Below are positions 59,421-64,000 of a DNA stretch of 64,000 nt, one piece after another. The notes beneath the pieces are model-generated. The model ran no database searches. It saw only the letters and a list, made by a program, of their open reading frames with translations, and had not been told where the DNA came from. Positions within the stretch are counted from its first letter, which is position 1, and every line of letters starts with the position of its first letter. Location: positions 349,237-413,236 of the forward strand of contig CAVPJG010000005.1 of assembly GCA_963705205.1 (NCBI GenBank). Direction: 5' to 3'. The position numbers and the translations under genes are program-made. The DNA comes from an uncultured Thermoleophilia bacterium (lineage in GTDB: Bacteria; Actinomycetota; Thermoleophilia; UBA2241).

Positions 59421-60782
59421 GTGAGCGCCGAGAAGGTCGTCGACACCGGCGCGACAGAGGCTCGCCCGCGTACCGTCGTCTTCGCCGTGGTCCCCGGCGG
59501 CCACGGCGATCCCGGCGAGGACGAGGCCCTGGCCGAGATCAAGGAGCTGCTGCGCTCCGCCGACATGGACTGGGTCGCCGACGTGATCCAGCACCGCGAC
59601 ACCCCCGACCGGCGCACCTACCTCGGCAAGGGCAAGATGGCCGACCTCAAGGCGGCGATCGCCGAATCGGACGCCACGGTGGCCGTCTGCGAGGACGACC
59701 TGTCGCCGGCGCAGGTGGCGGCTGTGCTCGACGCGGTCGACGCCGACGTGCTCGACCGCACGGAGCTCATCCTCACGGTGTTCAGCAAGCACGCGCACTC
59801 GCTCGAGGGCACGATGCAGGTGCACCTCGCCCAGCTCGAGTACGAGCTCACGCGGATGCGCGGCAAGGGCCTCGTGATGAGCCGCCTGGGCGCCGGCGTC
59901 GACATGCGCGGGCCGGGCGAGACCAAGATGGAGGTCGACCGCCGCGTCGTGCGCAAGCGCATCCAGACACTCCGCCGCCGCATCGAGCAGATGGCGCGCA
60001 CCCGTCGCACGCAGCGCGCCCGGCGCCTCCGCGCCGGTGTACCGCTCATCGCCCTGGCCGGGTACACCAACGCCGGCAAGTCGACCCTCCTGAACGCGCT
60101 CACCGACGCCGAGGTCTCGGTGCGCGACCGCCTGTTCGAGACGCTCGACCCGACGTCACGGAGCTACCGCTACCGCGACCGTGACTACGTGCTCACCGAC
60201 ACGGTCGGCTTCATCCGCAAGCTGCCGCACCAGCTCGTCGACGCGTTCGCCAGTACCCTCGAGGAGACCACGCTCGCCGACGTCGTGCTCGTGGTCGCCG
60301 ATGCCAGCCTGGAGGCTCCTGAGATCGCCGTGCGCGAGCAGACCGTGGCCGACGTGCTCGACAGGATCGGCAGCACGGCGCCCAGGATCGTCGTGTTCAA
60401 CAAGATCGACCGCGTCGACGAGCCCAAGCTGCTGCGGCTGCGCGCCCTCTACCCGGAGGCGGAGTTCATCGCCGCCGGCAAGGGTGTCGGCCTGGAGGCG
60501 CTCCAGGAGCGTCTCGGCCGCTTCTTCGACCGAGCGCTGCGCCCGGTGCGCCTGCTCTTCCCGTACGCCGCGGCCGGCGAGATGCACCGCCTCCGCGGCA
60601 TCGCCAGCGACGTGCGCGAGGAGCACACGCCCGAGGGCGTCATCTTCGAGGCCCGGTTGCCCGTGGCCGAGGCAGGGCGCTACGCACGCTTCCGCATCGA
60701 ACCCGAGGATCCTGAGGAGGACGACGTCGCCGTCGATGCGTCGCCCGGCGACGAGGTCGAGGAGGCCGGCCCCGATGCCTGA
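59421..60782 (+). CDS. hflX: GTPase HflX
   Basis: 453-aa ORF. HflX N-domain and G-domain GYTNAGKSTLLNAL, DTVGF, NKID. Confidence 0.9.
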   Translation: MSAEKVVDTGATEARPRTVVFAVVPGGHGDPGEDEALAEIKELLRSADMDWVADVIQHRDTPDRRTYLGKGKMADLKAAIAESDATVAVCEDDLSPAQVAAVLDAVDADVLDRTELILTVFSKHAHSLEGTMQVHLAQLEYELTRMRGKGLVMSRLGAGVDMRGPGETKMEVDRRVVRKRIQTLRRRIEQMARTRRTQRARRLRAGVPLIALAGYTNAGKSTLLNALTDAEVSVRDRLFETLDPTSRSYRYRDRDYVLTDTVGFIRKLPHQLVDAFASTLEETTLADVVLVVADASLEAPEIAVREQTVADVLDRIGSTAPRIVVFNKIDRVDEPKLLRLRALYPEAEFIAAGKGVGLEALQERLGRFFDRALRPVRLLFPYAAAGEMHRLRGIASDVREEHTPEGVIFEARLPVAEAGRYARFRIEPEDPEEDDVAVDASPGDEVEEAGPDA

Positions 60783-61230
60783 CGCCGGCCTGCCCGTGCC
60801 CGTGCGCCTGCTGACGCCCACGGCCCGTCTGCCCGAGCGCGCCTACGAGCACGACGCCGCCTGGGACCTCTACGCGGCGGAGCCCGCCACGCTCCCTCCG
60901 CTCGCGCGCGCCGTCGTCGGCACCGGCATCGCCCTCGGCCTGCCGGCCCATCTCGCGGCGCTCACGCTGCCGCGCTCCGGCCTTGCCGCGAGGCACGGCA
61001 TCTCCATCGTCAACGCCCCCGGGCTCATCGACCCGGGCTATCGCGGCGAGGTGCGCATCATTCTCCTGAACACCGACACCGCGGCGACCTTCACCGTCGC
61101 CCCCGGCGATCGCATCGCCCAACTGCTGTTTCTGCCGCTCACGGACGTTACACTCGTGCCGTCCGACGTTCTCGAGGAGACGCACCGCGGTGAACGCGGC
61201 TTCGGCTCCAGCGGCACGGGGGAGAGGTGA
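60775..61230 (+). CDS. dut: dUTP diphosphatase
   Basis: ATG 60775 (8-nt overlap with hflX). In frame with ORF 60181..61230. Motifs PRSGLA, GLIDPGYRGE, RGERGFGSSG. 151 aa. Confidence 0.9.
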   Translation: MPDAGLPVPVRLLTPTARLPERAYEHDAAWDLYAAEPATLPPLARAVVGTGIALGLPAHLAALTLPRSGLAARHGISIVNAPGLIDPGYRGEVRIILLNTDTAATFTVAPGDRIAQLLFLPLTDVTLVPSDVLEETHRGERGFGSSGTGER

Positions 61231-61233
61231 TCC

Positions 61234-61686
61234 ATGGCGGGCGTGGACGACAAGCCTACTATTCGCGTCGCAGGACTGCTCGTCCACGAGGGTAGTATCT
61301 TGATGGTAGAGCAGGGGAGAGGCGACGACCGGTACTGGCTGCTGCCCGGCGGTGGCGTCCAGTTCGGCGAGACGCTGTCCGACGCGCTGCGCCGCGAGCT
61401 CCAGGAGGAGCTCGGTCTGCGCGTCGGGGTCCAGCGCCTCATCGCGATCGTGGAGTCGATCTCACCGGAACCCGACTACGCCAAGCACGTCGTGCACCTG
61501 ATCTTTGAGATCTCGGCGCCGGCGGAGGCGCTCCCGGAGCCGCAGGACGTCAAGGTCCTCAACGCGCGGTTCCTCGACGAGTTCCAGCTGCAGTCCGCCG
61601 ACGTGCGCCCGCCCGTGGCCGAGTTCCTGAGCGCCTGCGTGAGGGAGATGCCCTCCTCGCCGCAGTATCTCGGCCGCCGCTGGTAG
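61234..61686 (+). CDS. NUDIX hydrolase
   Basis: 150-aa ORF with Nudix box GGGVQFGETLSDALRRELQEELGL. Confidence 0.8.
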   Translation: MAGVDDKPTIRVAGLLVHEGSILMVEQGRGDDRYWLLPGGGVQFGETLSDALRRELQEELGLRVGVQRLIAIVESISPEPDYAKHVVHLIFEISAPAEALPEPQDVKVLNARFLDEFQLQSADVRPPVAEFLSACVREMPSSPQYLGRRW

Positions 61687-62155
61687 TAGCTCGCGTCGGA
61701 GGACGGCTGTGCGGGCCCAAAACGGTCAACGCAGGCCAGTCCGCAACACGCGATAATCTCCGTTATGTAAAGCTACGTCCGGAGACGCGCCGCGCCCCCC
61801 GATCACCCTCTCCCTCCTCACCTGCCGGTCAGCGCCCGCATCGGCCAGCGCACGCTCCCCGCGTCACCCATGAGCAAGGCACGCAGCGGCGCCGGCCGCT
61901 CGTGGTCCTCGGGTCGCGGCGGGTCCTGAGAGCTGCGCCTCAACCTCACGCGCACCCGGACGCCTTGGCGGCGTCTGACCCGGCCGCTCGACTCTTCTCC
62001 CCGCGCACGCACTGCCACGCCGGGCGACGCCGTCGGGGCTTTCGACGCGCACGGCGCGCCGCCGACTGGCCGACCAAATGAACGCAAACGCCCATCTGCG
62101 TGCAATCGCCGGCGCTTGCCTTGTGGCTCGAAGGCTGCGTACACAGAACGACGAA

Positions 62156-62193
62156 GGAGCGCCTCTACGAACGTATGTTCGTAGGGGCGCTCC
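62156..62193 (-). terminator. Strong hairpin, probable intrinsic terminator of apt
   Basis: 17-bp stem GGAGCGCCTCTACGAAC / GTTCGTAGGGGCGCTCC (one G-U pair, loop GTAT), 57 nt beyond the apt stop. On the minus strand it is followed by UUCGUCGUUCUGUGU. Confidence 0.55.
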
Positions 62194-62249
62194 GGACCCG
62201 TGCGCGCAGGAATGACGGCGGGCCGGCGTGAGCGCCGCCCGCCGCCCAC

Positions 62250-62777
62250 TCAGTACGTGATCAGGCTGAAGACGTCGTAGCCCTCGAGCTTCTTGCGACC
62301 CTCGAGGCCGGAGAGCTCGATGATGAAGGCGACGCCGATGACCTTGCCGCCGAGCTTCTCGACGAGCTCGATCTTGGCCCGTGCCGTGCCCCCGGTGGCG
62401 AGCAGGTCGTCGTGCACGAGCACGTTCTGCCCGGGCTTGATGGCGTCGGCGTGGACCTCGAGCTTGTCTGTGCCGTACTCGAGGTCGTACTCGGCGGAGA
62501 TGGTGGCGTGCGGGAGCTTGCCGGGCTTGCGCGCGCAGACGAACCCGGCGCCGAGGCCGTAGGCCACGGCGGCGCCGAGGATGAACCCCCGGGCCTCCGC
62601 CCCCATCACGACGTCGACGTGCTTGCCGGTGCCGTACTCCACCAGGCGGTCCACAGATTCGCGCAGCGCACGCGGATCCTGCAGGAGCGGCATGATGTCG
62701 CGGAACAGGATCCCCTCCTTGGGAAAGTCGGGGATGTCGCGCACGTGGGCGGCGAGGTCGAAGCCGGCGTCTGTCAT
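62250..62777 (-). CDS. apt: Adenine phosphoribosyltransferase
   Basis: 175-aa ORF with PRPP motif [14 protein letters not shown]. Confidence 0.92.
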   Translation of the reverse strand: MTDAGFDLAAHVRDIPDFPKEGILFRDIMPLLQDPRALRESVDRLVEYGTGKHVDVVMGAEARGFILGAAVAYGLGAGFVCARKPGKLPHATISAEYDLEYGTDKLEVHADAIKPGQNVLVHDDLLATGGTARAKIELVEKLGGKVIGVAFIIELSGLEGRKKLEGYDVFSLITY

Positions 62778-62827
62778 GAGATCTCCTTGTGGGTGCGACT
62801 GCGGCGGCGCTGCCGACCGGCAGAGGC

Positions 62828-63556
62828 CTAGCGGGTGTCGCCGCCGGTGAGCCGGCGGACGCCGCGGGCCAGGAGGAGCTGGCGGAGCTGGGTGGATGCC
62901 TGGACGATGTCGTCCAGCTGGTCCAGGCCCTCGCGCCGCCGCTCGGGACGGTTGGAGCGAAGCGCCGGCAGCAGGACCTGCTCGATGAGCCCGATCTCGC
63001 GGTCGACGGCGCTCTTGATGACGCGGAGGTTCTTGGGGCGCAGGCCCAGCTGCGCGAGCTGCGCCGCGGCCGCCACGATGCCGGCGTCGGTCTCTGTGTA
63101 GCGCTTGACGCCGCTGACCTGGCGGCCGTGGATCAGCTCGTAGTCCTCGAGCTCGTCCATCAGGCCGACGTCCGCGCCCGTGAGCTGCATGACCTCCTCG
63201 GCGGTGTACTCGCGCCCCTCCCCCGCGCTCAGGAGGTCGGTCTTGCGCAGGCCTTGACGGGCCGAGGGGAGCGCGGCAGCAGGGCTTCGCTCCAGCTCGC
63301 GGCGGATGACCTTGAGCGGGAGGTATTCGTCGCGCTGCATGCTCAGCACGCGCACCAGTCTGGAGAAGTCGTCCTGCGAGTAGAGGCGATAGCCGGACTT
63401 GGTGCGTCGCGGCGTCACCAGACCCTGCTCCTCCAGGTAACGCAGCTTGCTCACGCTGATGTCGGGGAACTCGCCGCGCAGCCGGTCGACCACCGACCCG
63501 ATGGTGAGCAGACGCTCGTCGCCGACGTCGAACAGCAGTTCCGCGGTCTCGGACAC
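62828..63556 (-). CDS. MerR-family transcriptional regulator (Rv1828/FtsR-like context)
   Basis: 242-aa ORF. N-terminal MerR HTH ([41 protein letters not shown]). Lies 16 nt downstream of an FHA gene on the same strand. Confidence 0.8.
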   Translation of the reverse strand: MSETAELLFDVGDERLLTIGSVVDRLRGEFPDISVSKLRYLEEQGLVTPRRTKSGYRLYSQDDFSRLVRVLSMQRDEYLPLKVIRRELERSPAAALPSARQGLRKTDLLSAGEGREYTAEEVMQLTGADVGLMDELEDYELIHGRQVSGVKRYTETDAGIVAAAAQLAQLGLRPKNLRVIKSAVDREIGLIEQVLLPALRSNRPERRREGLDQLDDIVQASTQLRQLLLARGVRRLTGGDTR

Positions 63557-63572
63557 GTCGCCCCCCGGCCTC

Positions 63573-64000
63573 TCAGCTCCCCGCCGCAGCGAGGAAGGTG
63601 AGCTTGTACTTGCCGATCTGGATCTCGTCGCCGTCGCTGAGCACGGTGCGGTCGGCGCGGCGGCGGTTGACGAAGGTCCCGTTGAGGCTGCCCTCGTCGA
63701 CGATCACCCAGGCGTCGCCCTCGCGCACGACGACGGCATGGTTGCGCGAGACGGTGACGTCGTCCAGGAAGATCCTCGCGTCCGGGTGACGGCCGATGGC
63801 GATGCGCTCGCCCTTGAGCACGTAGGTCTCCCCCGACCGCCCGCCGCCGCTGCGGACGACCAGGCAGGGGTCGCCGGCGCAGGCCGCGAACGGCGCGATC
63901 TCGCCGGTGTCCTCGCCCGGCATGTAGCTGAGCGTGGTCGCCGACTCAGGCTGGTCGGCGATCAGGCTGGCCCCGCAGCGGACGCAGAAGCTGGCCCCCT
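63573..64000 (-). CDS. FHA-domain protein with N-terminal zinc-ribbon-like segment (5' end beyond window)
   Basis: FHA core (IGRHPDARIFLDDVTVSRNHA..GSLNGTFVN). The frame stays open upstream of ATG 63923 to the window edge (..GASFCVRCGASL..), so the true start probably lies outside the window. Confidence 0.8.
   Translation of the reverse strand, partial: GASFCVRCGASLIADQPESATTLSYMPGEDTGEIAPFAACAGDPCLVVRSGGGRSGETYVLKGERIAIGRHPDARIFLDDVTVSRNHAVVVREGDAWVIVDEGSLNGTFVNRRRADRTVLSDGDEIQIGKYKLTFLAAAGS

Noticed and set aside
62169-62180. GAACGTATGTTC in the hairpin loop region exactly matches the GAAC-N4-GTTC LexA/Cheo-box consensus (CGAAC-GTAT-GTTCG).
   Set aside because: It is the apex of a 17-bp hairpin placed 57 nt after the apt stop with a U-rich trail on the apt strand, so it is best explained as a terminator. 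No credible gene lies downstream of it on either strand, and recA in the same window lacks such a box. It could be revisited once the local LexA motif is known.
61818-62249. 143-aa minus-strand ORF starting right after the apt stop (TGAGTG).
   Set aside because: It has many A/T-ending codons, unlike the strong GC3 bias of real genes here. The translation is Arg-rich and featureless, and it runs straight through the 17-bp apt terminator hairpin.

Overview
Very GC-rich, gene-dense bacterial chromosome segment. Almost all genes are on the + strand, and many junctions show 1-8 nt start/stop overlaps (GTGA, ATGA) consistent with translational coupling. Content is core housekeeping in an actinobacterial-type order: recG; tail of the division cluster (pgeF-yggS-sepF-proC-divIVA); lspA-rluD; a PyrR-attenuated pyr operon (pyrR-pyrB-pyrC-carA-carB-pyrK-pyrD); mihF-gmk-rpoZ-coaBC; a minus-strand lemA-htpX pair; rimP-nusA-ylxR-infB-DUF503-rbfA-nrnA-truB-ribF; rpsO-pnp-M16 peptidase-dapB-dapA-rnj-ftsK; rodZ-like, yajQ, rimO-pgsA-cinA-thpR; recA-recX-rny-miaB-(LigB-like, AMMECR1)-miaA-dapF-dapL-hflX-dut-NUDIX; then minus-strand apt, MerR and FHA genes. 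I recognise no rRNA, tRNA, CRISPR, transposase, integrase, prophage or defence genes, so this is an ordinary core region and I do not claim a clearly novel system. The points most worth a second look are: (1) an unrecognised structured ~75-nt tandem repeat family at two intergenic sites, plus a separate ~50-nt tandem repeat after rny; (2) a LigB-like/AMMECR1 pair translationally coupled between miaB and miaA; (3) two local clusters of reading-frame breaks, 2-3 in pyrD and 8 across rny, miaB, miaA, dapF and dapL, which look like local sequence-quality problems but would matter biologically if real; (4) a structured ~230-nt leader ending in a terminator-like hairpin just upstream of rny; (5) two genes without a canonical start codon (gmk, M16 peptidase); (6) two apparently leaderless promoters. 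Coordinates of starts, motifs and frame breaks were read by eye. All family assignments rest on recognised motifs, not on database searches.
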